This document shows, piece after piece, positions 20,414 through 30,591 of a DNA stretch of 64,000 nucleotides. The notes beneath the pieces were generated by a model. It saw only the letters and a list, made by a program, of their open reading frames with translations. It did no database searches and was not told where the DNA came from. Origin of the DNA: an uncultured bacterium (lineage in GTDB: Bacteria > Eisenbacteria > RBG-16-71-46 > CAIMUX01); NCBI GenBank assembly GCA_964371055.1, contig CAYJLF010000016.1:72628-136627 (forward strand), given 5' to 3'. The translations under genes were made by a program, and so were the position numbers. Numbering within the stretch: the stretch's first letter is position 1; each line of letters opens with the position of its first letter.

Positions 20414-21943
20414 CTAGCGAACGGGTAGCCTAACGATCCTCCCCGCGGCCATCGGCGCACCCGCCGCTGACCCGCGATAGAGATAGACCCCGCCGGGCAT
20501 CACGACTCCACGCTCGTCCCGACCGTCCCAGAGCAACGCCGCCGCGCCGGAATCGGTCTCCGCACCCAGACGCCGCACCCGTCGCCCGTTGACATCGAAG
20601 ATCGTGAGAGAGACCGCGCTCGCGCCGATTCCACTCCACTCCAGTCGCACGGCATCGCGAAACGGATTCGGCCAGGCTCGCATCGTCCGGCCGACCAGGC
20701 TCGGAACCATCTCGCTCCCCGGCTCCTCCGGCGCCGCATCCGCCGTCAGCCACGACGCGTAATCGACCAGACCGAGCGATGGATTGTCCGGCTGATGGAA
20801 GATCGCGTCCTCGACCTCCTGCTGCGAGGCCCCGCCCCACCAGTTTCCCTGCGCCATCTGTGCGAGCGGGGTGTTGTTGTAGAGGCCGTAGGTCCGGCTG
20901 AGTCCGTTCTCGGCGATGCAGTTGCCGCCGTCGTCGTCGGTCGAGCCGTTCCCGAGGTTGCCGAGGTTTGGATGTCCCCCGTTGATGATCGCCACGCCAT
21001 ACCAGTGCCCGCGGATCATGTTCTGCGCCACGATCGGGGCGTTGTTGCCGTTGCAGGCGATCCCGAACCCCCAGTTCAGCGTGTCGGGATGGATCGTGTT
21101 CGCCAGAAGGACGTTTCCGCGGATCATCGGGTTCGCCCCGGTCTGGTAGCAGAGGATTCCGTAGCCGCATCCCTCGATGTGATTCCGCTCGATCAGGCCG
21201 TTGCTGGCGGCCCAGAGGGAGATCCCGCCGCTCATGTGGTGCCCGCTGCCGAGGATGGTGCAGCCGCGGATGGTCGGCGAGTTCGTCCCCTGCAGTCCGA
21301 TGTTGATGTAAGGATAGGGTGAGGTGTTCTCGATGTTGTTGTTTTCCATCCGACAGGACTCGATCAGGGGCGAGGAAGAGAGCGTCATGGTGATCGTCCG
21401 GCGGCGGTTATCGTGCAGATGGCAGCCCCGGACCACCCCGCCCGCGGCCGAGAAGTCGAGCACCTTGTCCAGGTTGTCGTGGAGGTCGCACGACTCGAGA
21501 AGGACCGCCCCACCCACCACATCGACGGCGGTGTGGGCATGGGCGATCTCGCACCAGGCCAGACGGAACTCCGATCCCGCCTGCGTGTCGCTGAAGCCGA
21601 GGCCGCGCCAGGCGCCGGGGGTCGGCGTCGCGGAGTCGAAGACGATCTTCGCCTCGCTCGTGCCGATCGCCTCCAGCGCGCCGCGGATCTCCAGCCCGAT
21701 CGTGCCGCCGGTGTCGAGGAACTCGAGGCGCGCGCCAGGCGCAACGACGAGGCGATCCGTCACCGAAACCACGACCGACTGGTGGACCTGATAGTCGCCC
21801 GACCCTCCGGTCACGGCGCCGCCGGACTGGGCCACCAGATCATCCATCGACCAGACGACACCGGTTCCCGGAGTGACGTAGTCGGCCACAGCCGGGCCGG
21901 CGAGCAGGATCAGCAACAGGGAGAGAAGAAGGATCGGCTTCAT
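20414..21943 (-). CDS. Secreted right-handed parallel beta-helix protein with FlgD-Ig CTD
   Basis: Signal peptide MKPILLLSLLLILLAGPAVA. Beta-helix repeats (SSPLIESC, NSPTIRGC, ANPMIRGN, NAPIVAQN). CTD 'AWPNPF...FDVNGRRVRRL...WDGRDERG...GVYLYR'. Confidence 0.8.
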   Translation of the reverse strand: MKPILLLSLLLILLAGPAVADYVTPGTGVVWSMDDLVAQSGGAVTGGSGDYQVHQSVVVSVTDRLVVAPGARLEFLDTGGTIGLEIRGALEAIGTSEAKIVFDSATPTPGAWRGLGFSDTQAGSEFRLAWCEIAHAHTAVDVVGGAVLLESCDLHDNLDKVLDFSAAGGVVRGCHLHDNRRRTITMTLSSSPLIESCRMENNNIENTSPYPYINIGLQGTNSPTIRGCTILGSGHHMSGGISLWAASNGLIERNHIEGCGYGILCYQTGANPMIRGNVLLANTIHPDTLNWGFGIACNGNNAPIVAQNMIRGHWYGVAIINGGHPNLGNLGNGSTDDDGGNCIAENGLSRTYGLYNNTPLAQMAQGNWWGGASQQEVEDAIFHQPDNPSLGLVDYASWLTADAAPEEPGSEMVPSLVGRTMRAWPNPFRDAVRLEWSGIGASAVSLTIFDVNGRRVRRLGAETDSGAAALLWDGRDERGVVMPGGVYLYRGSAAGAPMAAGRIVRLPVR

Positions 21944-22249
21944 GAGGGACCTCCGCGGTGATACCCGGCGGCTTGGATAGCAGAACGCCCCGCTATTGTA
22001 CCAAGAGCCGCCTGAGGGGAGCGAGGGGAAGGCCACGGGCGCCATAACAGCTCCGCATCGGCCCGGCCTGCTTCACCTCGAGTCGATCCTCTTGTGGTCC
22101 CGGGCGTCCGCGCGGTATGCTCGAATGCGGTCGTTCGAGCCCGGCCTCCGGGCATCCGATCACGAAGGAGTCGCTTGTCGCCGTCATCTCCCGGCCGCAT
22201 CGCCACCCATCTGGTCGCGCCGCGGTCGCCGGATCAGGAGTCGCCCACC

Positions 22250-23755
22250 ATGTCGCTTCGCATCCTCTGCGGTCTCGTGCTCATGATCTGCCTCGGCCTC
22301 GTGCCCGCCGCCGACACCGTCCTCGCCGCTCGGGTCGATGTCGGATCAGCGGGTTCGGTCGCGACGACCTTCGTCGCAAAGACAGCGGGGCACTCTGACC
22401 CATCCGCGATCGTGGTCGAGGTGACGGACAGTCCGTCGATCATCTCCCGCGACGGTCGGGACCTCGCCTACCTCTTCCGGCTGGCGCCTCGCGGCTACGT
22501 CGTGGTGGCGGCGGACGACGCGCTCCCCGCCGTTGTCGCCTACTCCCTGGAGGCCGATCCGCTCGAGGATGTGCAGAGCGACCACCCCCTCCTCCGCCTC
22601 GTCGCGGCCGACCTCGAGTCCCGCCTGCGGTCGCTCTCTTCCGTCGATCCGGACATCACGCGCGAGCGGGCGCGGCAGTGGACCGCACTGCGGCTCGGTT
22701 CCTGGGAACGCGCGCCGGGCGAGCGATTCCAGCAGTGGCCTCCCTCGGGATCGACCCCGACCGGCGGGTGGCTTCTCTCCAACTGGACCCAGAGCGCCCC
22801 CTACAACGCGCTCTGCCCCCTGGACCTGGCGCACGGAGGCGCGCGGAGCGTGGCCGGATGTCCCGCAGTCGCGATGGCGATGATCCTCAACTACCACGAA
22901 ACGATTCAGGCCACCGCCTTCGGTGCCGGCGACCGCTACTGGCACGCCTACGCCGGCAACAACTACTGGATCCCCGATGCCGCGGCCACCTATGGCTTCC
23001 CCGACTTTCCGACCCTGAACGGCCATCTCGCCACGCTGACCGCCCACTGGGGCTCGGGGACTCCGCTCACCAACACCGACAAGGCGGCTTTGACCTTCGC
23101 CTGTGGAGTCGCCGCAACCCAGGTCTACAGCGCGTCGGGATCCGGCACCTTCGGCGTCGACCAGGCCTACGACGCCTATCAGCGCTTCGCCTTCACCGGC
23201 TGCCGCCTCGCCTTCGACACCGATCCCGAGCTCTACTCCGATCTCGCCCTCAGCATGCAGAGCGCCCTTCCGGCCCACCTCGCCGTGGTGGACGAGGGAT
23301 GGACGATGGGGCACAACGTGGTGGTGGACGGCTACAACACCGACAACTACTTCCACCTGAACTTCGGATGGGGCGGAGCGTACAACGGATGGTACCTGCT
23401 CCCCTCGGAGATTCCCTACGGTCTCACCGTGATCGAGGGCGTGGTCCTCGACATCGTTCCGGAAACGACGGCGGCTCCCGAGTTCACCTCCATGGTCAAC
23501 GCTCGATCCCTCATCTGCGTCCCGAATCCCGGAACCGATCGGATCTCGCTCGACCTCGGAGGGCCGTTCGCCCCGGACCTGGAGCTCGAGATCTTCGACG
23601 CCGCGGGACGTCTGATCCGAACGCTGGGCGGCTCGTCGGGCGGCCCGATCGTCTGGATGACCGACGATGCCGGGGGACGCCCCGTCGCGCCCGGCGTCTA
23701 CTTCGCCCGGACTCAGGACGGATCGGCGGCCGCGCGCATCGTCGTCTGTCGCTGA
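22250..23755 (+). CDS. C10 (streptopain/SpeB-like) cysteine peptidase with FlgD-Ig CTD
   Basis: Propeptide 'GYVVVAADD.LP.VVAYS', 'W.Q..PYN..CP', catalytic 'AGCPAVAMA', His motif 'GHNVVVDGY' and 'FHLNFGWGG..NGWY'. CTD 'PNP...FDAAGRLIRTL...PGVYF'. Confidence 0.88.
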   Translation: MSLRILCGLVLMICLGLVPAADTVLAARVDVGSAGSVATTFVAKTAGHSDPSAIVVEVTDSPSIISRDGRDLAYLFRLAPRGYVVVAADDALPAVVAYSLEADPLEDVQSDHPLLRLVAADLESRLRSLSSVDPDITRERARQWTALRLGSWERAPGERFQQWPPSGSTPTGGWLLSNWTQSAPYNALCPLDLAHGGARSVAGCPAVAMAMILNYHETIQATAFGAGDRYWHAYAGNNYWIPDAAATYGFPDFPTLNGHLATLTAHWGSGTPLTNTDKAALTFACGVAATQVYSASGSGTFGVDQAYDAYQRFAFTGCRLAFDTDPELYSDLALSMQSALPAHLAVVDEGWTMGHNVVVDGYNTDNYFHLNFGWGGAYNGWYLLPSEIPYGLTVIEGVVLDIVPETTAAPEFTSMVNARSLICVPNPGTDRISLDLGGPFAPDLELEIFDAAGRLIRTLGGSSGGPIVWMTDDAGGRPVAPGVYFARTQDGSAAARIVVCR

Positions 23756-23852
23756 TCGCGGGCCGTCCTTTTCGGATCGGCCGTCCTGGACTAGACTGGG
23801 GCGGTCGTGGACGCTGGGGGGTATCGAGGTGGACGTCAGGGAGGGTATCCAA

Positions 23853-24587
23853 GTGGTTCGCTCGATCATCGTCTGGGCCGTTCGATCCGTCTGTCCAGCG
23901 CTGTTCGCCGGATGGCTGGCGTTGGCGCTCCCATCCGCCCCGGCACTCGCCGGAGCACAGTACCAGGGTTCGCTCCACTTGATGGGAGTGTTTCCGCAGG
24001 GCGAGTTCGCCGACAACCTGGATGATCCGGGGGTCGGACTCGGCGGTTCGTTCTTCGTCCGGGTACCGGACAGCCCGCTCTATCTCGGCGCCGACCTCGG
24101 CTTCTTCATCTACGGGCAATCGGAACGGACCGAGCCGTTCAACCCGAACATCCCGGAAGTGCAGATCAAGGTCCAGACCGACAACAGCCTGGTCCAGGGA
24201 GGTCTGGTGCTGCGGATCCAGCCGCCGGGCGGCGCGGTGCGGCCCTACCTCGACGGTTTTATCGGATTCAACTACCTCGCCACGAGTACGACGATTCGTG
24301 ATCGAAGTGATGACGACGAGATCGCCAGCGACACCAACCAGGACGACACGGCTTTCGCGTGGGGAGGAGGAGGAGGACTTCTGGTCCGGCTCCATCAGTC
24401 CAAGCCGGGCCCGGGCCGGCTGCGCGGCGTCTACCTCGACGGACGCGTCCGCTACCTCCTCGGCGGCGAGGCCGACTACCTGCGGGAGGGCTCGATCCGG
24501 CGCGAGGGCGGCCGGCTGGTCTACGACCTGCTCCGGTCGCGCACCGATGTGATTCAGGGCGGGCTGGGAGTCACGCTGGACTTCTGA
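23853..24587 (+). CDS. Outer-membrane beta-barrel protein (OmpW/OmpA-TM-like)
   Basis: GTG after GGGAGGG. Signal peptide, amphipathic strands and C-terminal 'GGLGVTLDF' (terminal Phe, BAM signal). Confidence 0.75.
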   Translation: MVRSIIVWAVRSVCPALFAGWLALALPSAPALAGAQYQGSLHLMGVFPQGEFADNLDDPGVGLGGSFFVRVPDSPLYLGADLGFFIYGQSERTEPFNPNIPEVQIKVQTDNSLVQGGLVLRIQPPGGAVRPYLDGFIGFNYLATSTTIRDRSDDDEIASDTNQDDTAFAWGGGGGLLVRLHQSKPGPGRLRGVYLDGRVRYLLGGEADYLREGSIRREGGRLVYDLLRSRTDVIQGGLGVTLDF

Positions 24588-24614
24588 TTCGCGCCGACCA
24601 CGGACGGCAGTCCC

Positions 24615-27600
24615 ATGAACAAGCGCCACGTCGAACCGGGCCCGCTCCCCGATGGGAACGGGCCTGACACATTGCCCCCGCTCCCCTGGCTGCGTGGCTA
24701 CGAGCGCACCCTCTCCGGCGAGCAGTGGCACTACCATGCTCCTCATCCGGAAGCGCAGACGGCGATCCTCGCCCGCGCCACCGACGGCCGGATGTCGATC
24801 GAGTGGGAGACCGAGCCGGTCCCCGAGGGGGACGACGAGGTCGCAGCCCGCCACGGTTCCGTGACCTTCATCTGGATGTGCGGGCTCGCCACGCAGAAGG
24901 GGGCACACGCCTTCACCCTCTCCGCCGACGGGCAACCGCTCGTCACGTTTCGAACCGGACGCGACTCGACCGAGAGGCGGTGGACGATCCGAGGCCACCA
25001 CGGGGCCACGCTTCGCTTCCGGACCGTCATGGTCGACCAGTTCGAGGAGCTCTTCGGCTACATGTGGCTGACGGTGCCTCGATCGCTCGTCAGCGCCGGC
25101 CTCCCGCTTCGCCTCCAGGTCGCCGCGGAAGCGGGAGGAAGCCCCGATTGGCACATGGTCTTCGAGCATGCCCTCGTGCCGTCGATCCAGGCGTACGCCG
25201 AAGAGGCGCTGGCCCGCCAGGGTGACGGCCTGGTTCGTCTCGCCCGCCTCGAGGTCTGCCATCTCGCTCCGCCGGCCCGCGTCGCGGTTCGGGTCACCCC
25301 AGATCCAGGAGCCGGCGCGCCGGGGCCGGTGATCGGCCCGCGACCGCTCTTTCCCGACGCCGGCGCGACGTTCGATCCGCCGTGGACCCTCCCTTTGGAA
25401 ATCGGCTACAACGCCTTTCTCCTCCCCGTGCCCGCCGACGCCACTCGGACCACGATCTCGATCGAGGAGGAAGCGGGTGTGCGGTCCCTCGAGCTTCCGC
25501 TGCCGCCGGTCGCCGCGCGCGAGCTCTGGTTCCTCCCCCACTCGCACGTCGACATCGGCTACTCCGACCCGCAGCCCGTCGTCGAACGCAAACAGTGGGC
25601 CCATCTGGAGCAGGCAATGGCGCTCGCCCGCGACACGCGGGAGAACCCCGCCGGGGCGCGCTTCCGGTGGAACGTGGAGGTGCTGTGGGCCATCACTTCC
25701 TGGTACGCGCAGGCCAGTGCCAACGAGAAAGCGGCCTTCATCGAGGCGGTACGGGCGGGAGAGATCGGGCTCCAGGGGACCTTTGCGAATGTGCTGACCG
25801 GTCTCTGCCACCCGGAGGAACTGCTGCACTTGACCGCCGCCGCGCGCGAACTGGCGCGGATCACCGGCGTACCGATCGACACGGCGATGATCACCGACAT
25901 CCCCGGCGCGACCTGGAGCCTCGCCCCCGCGCTGGCACAGGGCGGAGTGCGCCGTTTCTCTAGCGGACCGAATTACCTCCCCTGGCATGCCGACGGCGGC
26001 GATCGCATCGGCACTTCCGCCCGCGTGTGGGGCGACCGTCCGTTCTGGTGGATCTCCCCCTCGGGCGAGGAGCGCCTTCTCTTCTGGATGACCGGACGCG
26101 GCTACTCGTGGTTCCACGGCCTCAACTCCGGCCGGATCGGAGCCGGCTCCGTGCGCCCGATCCTCGACTACCTGCGGGAGCTCTCCACGCGCGAACACCC
26201 GTGGTCGATGGTCCAGGTCCGTTACACGATCGGCGGCGACAACGGGCCGCCCGACCCTGATCTTTCGGCCTTTGTGCGGGACTGGAACGAACGGTTCGCC
26301 TCACCAAGGCTCGTGATCGCCACCACCCAATCGATGTTCGATGAGTTCGAACGACGCCACGGCGCCGCGTTGCCGGAGTTTCGCGGCGACCTGACCCCCT
26401 ATTGGGAAGACGGCGCCGCTTCCACCGCGCGCGAGACCGCCCTGAACCGGCGCGCCGCATCCCTCCTCGTCGAGGCCGCGGCCCTCTGGAGCATGCGTCG
26501 GCCGAGGGAGTACCCGGCCACGGAGTTCCGCGCTGCCTGGAGGGAAGTCCTGCTCTTCAGCGAGCACACCTGGGGCGCGGCCGAGAGCGTCTCCGATCCG
26601 GACAGCGATGCCAGCCGCGCGCAGTGGGCCTGGAAGAAGGAGAGGGCCGAGGAGGCGCTCCGGCGCGCGCAGGCCCTGCAGGAGGCCGCGCTCGTCACCC
26701 GCGGGGCATCCCCGTCCATCGATCTTCTCAATCCCACCGGCTGGCGTCGCAACGACCTCGTCCTGCTCCCGCCACCCCTCGGCGCGAACACGGCCAGCGT
26801 GACCGACGCCCGGGACCAGCCGCTCCGTTTCCAGCGGCTCGCAGGGGGTGAAATCCTCGTCGAGGCAGGTGAGCTGCCCCCCTTCGCCGGAGTGCGCATC
26901 ACCCTCTCTCCGGCGTTACCCGCTCTATCCGCGGCGCGAACGCAGCCGGTCGAGATCGCCGACCCTCGCCGGCGGGCACGGCCCGGCACCACCGCGGATC
27001 GCGCCAGAGCCTCGCTCGATGCGAGCGGGGGAACGATCGAGAACGCAACCTTGCGCGCGCGCATCGACGGCGCGACCGGCGCGATCCAAAGCGTCATCCT
27101 GAAGGGAACCGCCGGGGCCGACGGAGTCGAGTGCGTCGACCCGAGCCGGTATCCGGGACTCAACGCCTACCTCTACGTCGCCGGCTTTGACCCCGAACAG
27201 GCCCTCGGTCTCACCACCGCGACCCTGCGCCTCGGCGAACAAGGCCCGTTGCGTGCGTCCCTCATCCTCGAGGGTGAAGCGCCGGGCTGCCGCCTGTTCC
27301 GCGCCGAGATCCGCCTGGCTGCGGGCAGCGAGGAGCTCGAGATCATCAACACGCTCGACAAGCTCGCCGTGCGGGCGAAGGAAAGCGTCCACTTCGCCTT
27401 TCCGTTCCAGGTCCCGGACGGCCGGGTCGAGGTCGATCTCGGCTGGGGCATGATCGAACCCGACCGTGATCAACTCCCGGGATCATGCCGGGACTACTTC
27501 TGCCCGCACGACACGGTTCGGATCGAGGGAGAGAAGGCCGGCGTAGTCTTCGCCAGCCTCGACGCGCCGCTGGTCGAGATCGGTGCGATGACCGACGAGT

Positions 27601-28112
27601 CGCCGCGGACGGGTGGCTTCCGCCGCTGGCGCGAGCGGACGGGTCCGTCCACGACGCTTTTCTCGTACGCGATGAACAACGCCTGGCACACCAACTACAA
27701 GGCTGACCAGGAAGGGTGGATCGAGCTTCGGTACGCGATCCGTTTCCGCACCCCGCGCCTCGGCCGTTTCCCGGCGTCGCCCGAGGCATCGGCCCGGCGC
27801 TTCGCGGCGACCTGGCTCCATCCCGTGGTCGCGGTCCCGGCAGATACGGCGATGCCGCCACCCCCGTCGCTGCTCTCGCCGGACAACCCACAGATCGAAA
27901 TCACGAGCCTTGCTCCGACCGACGACCGCCGAGGCTGGATGGCGCGGCTCTACAACCCGACGCGCGTCCCGCAGGACGTGTCGCTCGGGGGGGCGCTCGC
28001 CGCCGGTGCCGTGTCCTTCCGGAGCGACCTCGACCAGACCCGGGTAGAACCCGTCTCGTTCCCGATGCGGATTCCGCCGCATGGAATCCGATCTCTGAGA
28101 CTCGAAGGGTGA
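24615..28112 (+). CDS. GH38-related glycoside hydrolase with N-terminal extension
   Basis: 'LWFLPHSHVDIGY', 'FRWNVE', 'MITDIPG.TW', 'PFWW.SPSGE..L.W', 'YWEDGA.S' and 'LFSEHTWGA'. Confidence 0.8.
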   Translation: MNKRHVEPGPLPDGNGPDTLPPLPWLRGYERTLSGEQWHYHAPHPEAQTAILARATDGRMSIEWETEPVPEGDDEVAARHGSVTFIWMCGLATQKGAHAFTLSADGQPLVTFRTGRDSTERRWTIRGHHGATLRFRTVMVDQFEELFGYMWLTVPRSLVSAGLPLRLQVAAEAGGSPDWHMVFEHALVPSIQAYAEEALARQGDGLVRLARLEVCHLAPPARVAVRVTPDPGAGAPGPVIGPRPLFPDAGATFDPPWTLPLEIGYNAFLLPVPADATRTTISIEEEAGVRSLELPLPPVAARELWFLPHSHVDIGYSDPQPVVERKQWAHLEQAMALARDTRENPAGARFRWNVEVLWAITSWYAQASANEKAAFIEAVRAGEIGLQGTFANVLTGLCHPEELLHLTAAARELARITGVPIDTAMITDIPGATWSLAPALAQGGVRRFSSGPNYLPWHADGGDRIGTSARVWGDRPFWWISPSGEERLLFWMTGRGYSWFHGLNSGRIGAGSVRPILDYLRELSTREHPWSMVQVRYTIGGDNGPPDPDLSAFVRDWNERFASPRLVIATTQSMFDEFERRHGAALPEFRGDLTPYWEDGAASTARETALNRRAASLLVEAAALWSMRRPREYPATEFRAAWREVLLFSEHTWGAAESVSDPDSDASRAQWAWKKERAEEALRRAQALQEAALVTRGASPSIDLLNPTGWRRNDLVLLPPPLGANTASVTDARDQPLRFQRLAGGEILVEAGELPPFAGVRITLSPALPALSAARTQPVEIADPRRRARPGTTADRARASLDASGGTIENATLRARIDGATGAIQSVILKGTAGADGVECVDPSRYPGLNAYLYVAGFDPEQALGLTTATLRLGEQGPLRASLILEGEAPGCRLFRAEIRLAAGSEELEIINTLDKLAVRAKESVHFAFPFQVPDGRVEVDLGWGMIEPDRDQLPGSCRDYFCPHDTVRIEGEKAGVVFASLDAPLVEIGAMTDESPRTGGFRRWRERTGPSTTLFSYAMNNAWHTNYKADQEGWIELRYAIRFRTPRLGRFPASPEASARRFAATWLHPVVAVPADTAMPPPPSLLSPDNPQIEITSLAPTDDRRGWMARLYNPTRVPQDVSLGGALAAGAVSFRSDLDQTRVEPVSFPMRIPPHGIRSLRLEG

Positions 28113-28537
28113 CACCCGATCGTTCGCCCCCCCCCCGCAAAACAGCGCCTTCTGGACCGTCGAGAGTCCGCGACGCACCCCACCTGGTGAGTCGAGCGCC
28201 GAGTCGGAGACCCGCTCTCACCAATCGGCCAAATGCCATCCACATGGCGTTCCTGGCGAAGATCAGTTAAGATTTCCTGTCTCGCTGCCGATCTAATTCT
28301 AGTCGGCTGACAGCGACGTCAGCCCGGTGTCCCGACCCGCCTCGGGGGTAGCCTTCGAGGACGGAGAGCGGCACTCAGGGACGGATACACACGATCCGAT
28401 CGCTCGCAGACGGATCGGCGCGCTCGCCGGGGGACTCAATTCTGGTGTCACGCCCACCGATCGATGCACAGGACGCTCCTCTCGGGCGGACTGCCGGGGC
28501 GCCCGCAGTCTCGGCCCGGGTGGCGCGCTCCCCCGCG

Positions 28538-29242
28538 ATGCGTCCTGTCGCCTGGGTCGCGTCGTGCGCCTTGCTCCTCCTCGCTCCGGCCTGCGCCCTG
28601 CTGCCTCGTCCCTACCCGGCCGGACCACCCCCCTCCGGCCTGGAGTCGTTGGAGAGTGGAATCTGGCGCGAGGTCAACCTGGCGCGCTCCCATCCGGCTG
28701 CGATGGCCGACTATCTCGCAAGCTGGCTCCCCGCCTTCGAAGGGACGCGCCTCACCCGTCCCGGACACCGTCGTTTCAAGATGAAGGAAGGGCGCATCGC
28801 GGTGGAGGAGGCGATCCGCTATCTCCGCCAGGTGGAGCCCGTACCTCCGCTCGCCTTCTCCACCGGTTTGTCGTGCGGGGCGCGCGATCTCGTCCAGGAC
28901 CTCGGCCCGCGGGCTGTGGTGAGCCACGTCGGATCCGACGGGAGCCTCGTCAAGGACCGCGTCGCGCGCTACGGGACGATCCGCCGCAAGGCGGCCGAGC
29001 TGATCCAGTTCGGCACGACCGACGCGAGGGAGATCGTCGCGCTCCTCATCGTGGACGACGGCGTTCAAGACCGCGGGCACCGCCGGGTTCTCTTCGACGA
29101 CGACTACCACCTCATGGGTGTCGCCCTGGGGCCGCACGCCGGCTATCGGTCGATGTGCGTGATCACTCTCGCCGCGGGCTATCACGAGAATCTCGCCGGC
29201 CTGGCACCGGCGGCGGGGGCGGACGACAACCTGACCTGGTGA
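28538..29242 (+). CDS. CAP (SCP-like) domain protein, probable lipoprotein
   Basis: 'LLLLAPAC' lipobox-like segment, 'EVNLARSHP', and 'LIVDDGVQDRGHRRVLF...MGVA.GPH..Y..MCVI'. Start uncertain (28445 or 28538). Confidence 0.8.
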   Translation: MRPVAWVASCALLLLAPACALLPRPYPAGPPPSGLESLESGIWREVNLARSHPAAMADYLASWLPAFEGTRLTRPGHRRFKMKEGRIAVEEAIRYLRQVEPVPPLAFSTGLSCGARDLVQDLGPRAVVSHVGSDGSLVKDRVARYGTIRRKAAELIQFGTTDAREIVALLIVDDGVQDRGHRRVLFDDDYHLMGVALGPHAGYRSMCVITLAAGYHENLAGLAPAAGADDNLTW

Positions 29243-29345
29243 TCGACCCCTTGGGCAGCGAGGGGGTAGGTGGCGCGTTTCACTTTGGGGTCCGGCCGCG
29301 GAATCTGGTGGGCTTCCGCGGCCGCCGTGACCCCTCCGTACTCGT

Positions 29346-30260
29346 CTAGAAGTAGCTCTGCTTCACCCGGCCCCAGGTCACGATATGGGTCGGCGTCGGG
29401 CACGGGTTCGGATCGCATGGCACGCCCGCGCCGAAGAACTCTCCTCCGCCCGCCGTGCACTGCTCCGGCGTGTACCAGCGGCACTCGATTCCGATGCAGC
29501 AGGCCCCCTCGGCCGGCGGCTGCAGACACGGATTCGGCTCACAGCTCAACCCGAGGAACGTCCCTCCCGCCGCCGCGCAGGCGCTCGGGGGAAGGATCTG
29601 GCAGGAGCCGTCCGCGAAGCAGCAGGCGCCCGGATCATCATTGCCCGGGGGGCAGGTCACAACGCCCGCCTGTCCGAAGCCGAGGCTGCCAAGAGCGACG
29701 ATCGTATCCTCGACCGGGGGAACGCTGTCGTCCACGAAGACCATGCCCTGCGAAGGGTGGGCCGTGATCGCCCATGAGCCCGGCGGGCCGTAGCCATAGC
29801 CGGCCAGCCAGTAGCACTCGACCATCGTCGTCGTCTTGACCAGGCCAAAGCTGAGGCCCACGCCGCCGCCGCTCGTCAAGGGCCAGCCGGCTTGCGCGAT
29901 CTCGAAGTCGGCGACCGGATCGGGAAGACCGCCGGCGACGACGGCAACCTCCGATGGGAACTGCGCGCCAAAGACCAGCGCCTTCAGGCGCGGCGCCGCG
30001 TCGGGTGGGAAGGCGGCGTAGACCTTCCAGACCCATCCAGCTCCGCTCTCCGGCACCCCGAGCGGCAACTCGGCGTCGACCCCCACACACGCGGGCGCCT
30101 GGCTGGGATAGGCCGACGCGTCCGAGGTGTAGACGAGGCCGGTGTCATGCACGACCAGGGTGCCACCGAAGTTCGGCCCCGCCAGCGCCTGGCCCGAGAC
30201 CAGCCCCCAGGAAGCCCCGAACAGGATCGCCAAGGTCAGGATCGTAAGCCGCCGGATCAT
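29346..30260 (-). CDS. Secreted protein: unknown N-terminal domain, 2 Cys-rich repeats, C-terminal TWGRVKQSYF
   Basis: MIRRLTILTLAILFG... signal peptide after GGAGGG. Paralog of 30592-31482. Confidence 0.85.
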   Translation of the reverse strand: MIRRLTILTLAILFGASWGLVSGQALAGPNFGGTLVVHDTGLVYTSDASAYPSQAPACVGVDAELPLGVPESGAGWVWKVYAAFPPDAAPRLKALVFGAQFPSEVAVVAGGLPDPVADFEIAQAGWPLTSGGGVGLSFGLVKTTTMVECYWLAGYGYGPPGSWAITAHPSQGMVFVDDSVPPVEDTIVALGSLGFGQAGVVTCPPGNDDPGACCFADGSCQILPPSACAAAGGTFLGLSCEPNPCLQPPAEGACCIGIECRWYTPEQCTAGGGEFFGAGVPCDPNPCPTPTHIVTWGRVKQSYF

Positions 30261-30591
30261 CTCTTCGCCCTCCCTGATGCCACCGAACCGGCACCCGTGC
30301 GGATGCCCCGCCATCGCCCCACGCCCGGACTCGAGCGTGGAGCGGGACGAGCCCCGGATCGCCGCGTATTGGATCGCTGGGTTGGTTATCGGCTGCAATC
30401 GAGCGGATGTGCAGGGAGAAGCTGGGGAGCGCAACCTGCCTCCCGCGCCCGGTCCCGGGGTTGGGCACCGGGCGGCGGGGGCACCCCCGCCCCCACCCGG
30501 TCGGCCCGCCCGGGGTATCAACCCCCCCGGCGGGCCCGGCACATCGCTCCGGCTGGCAGGCAGCCGTCTGTTCGCGCGACCTTCCAGCCGT

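Noticed and set aside
22130-22150. GTTCGAGCCC resembling a tRNA T-loop
   Set aside because: No paired T-stem or cloverleaf.
28127-28136. C10 homopolymer as a phase-variation tract
   Set aside because: It is intergenic, just downstream of a stop codon, and not in a promoter or coding position.
30475-30536. Two GC hairpins between the paralogous Cys-repeat genes as a REP element or ncRNA
   Set aside because: I saw no other copies in the window. They are most simply terminator or mRNA-stability stems.
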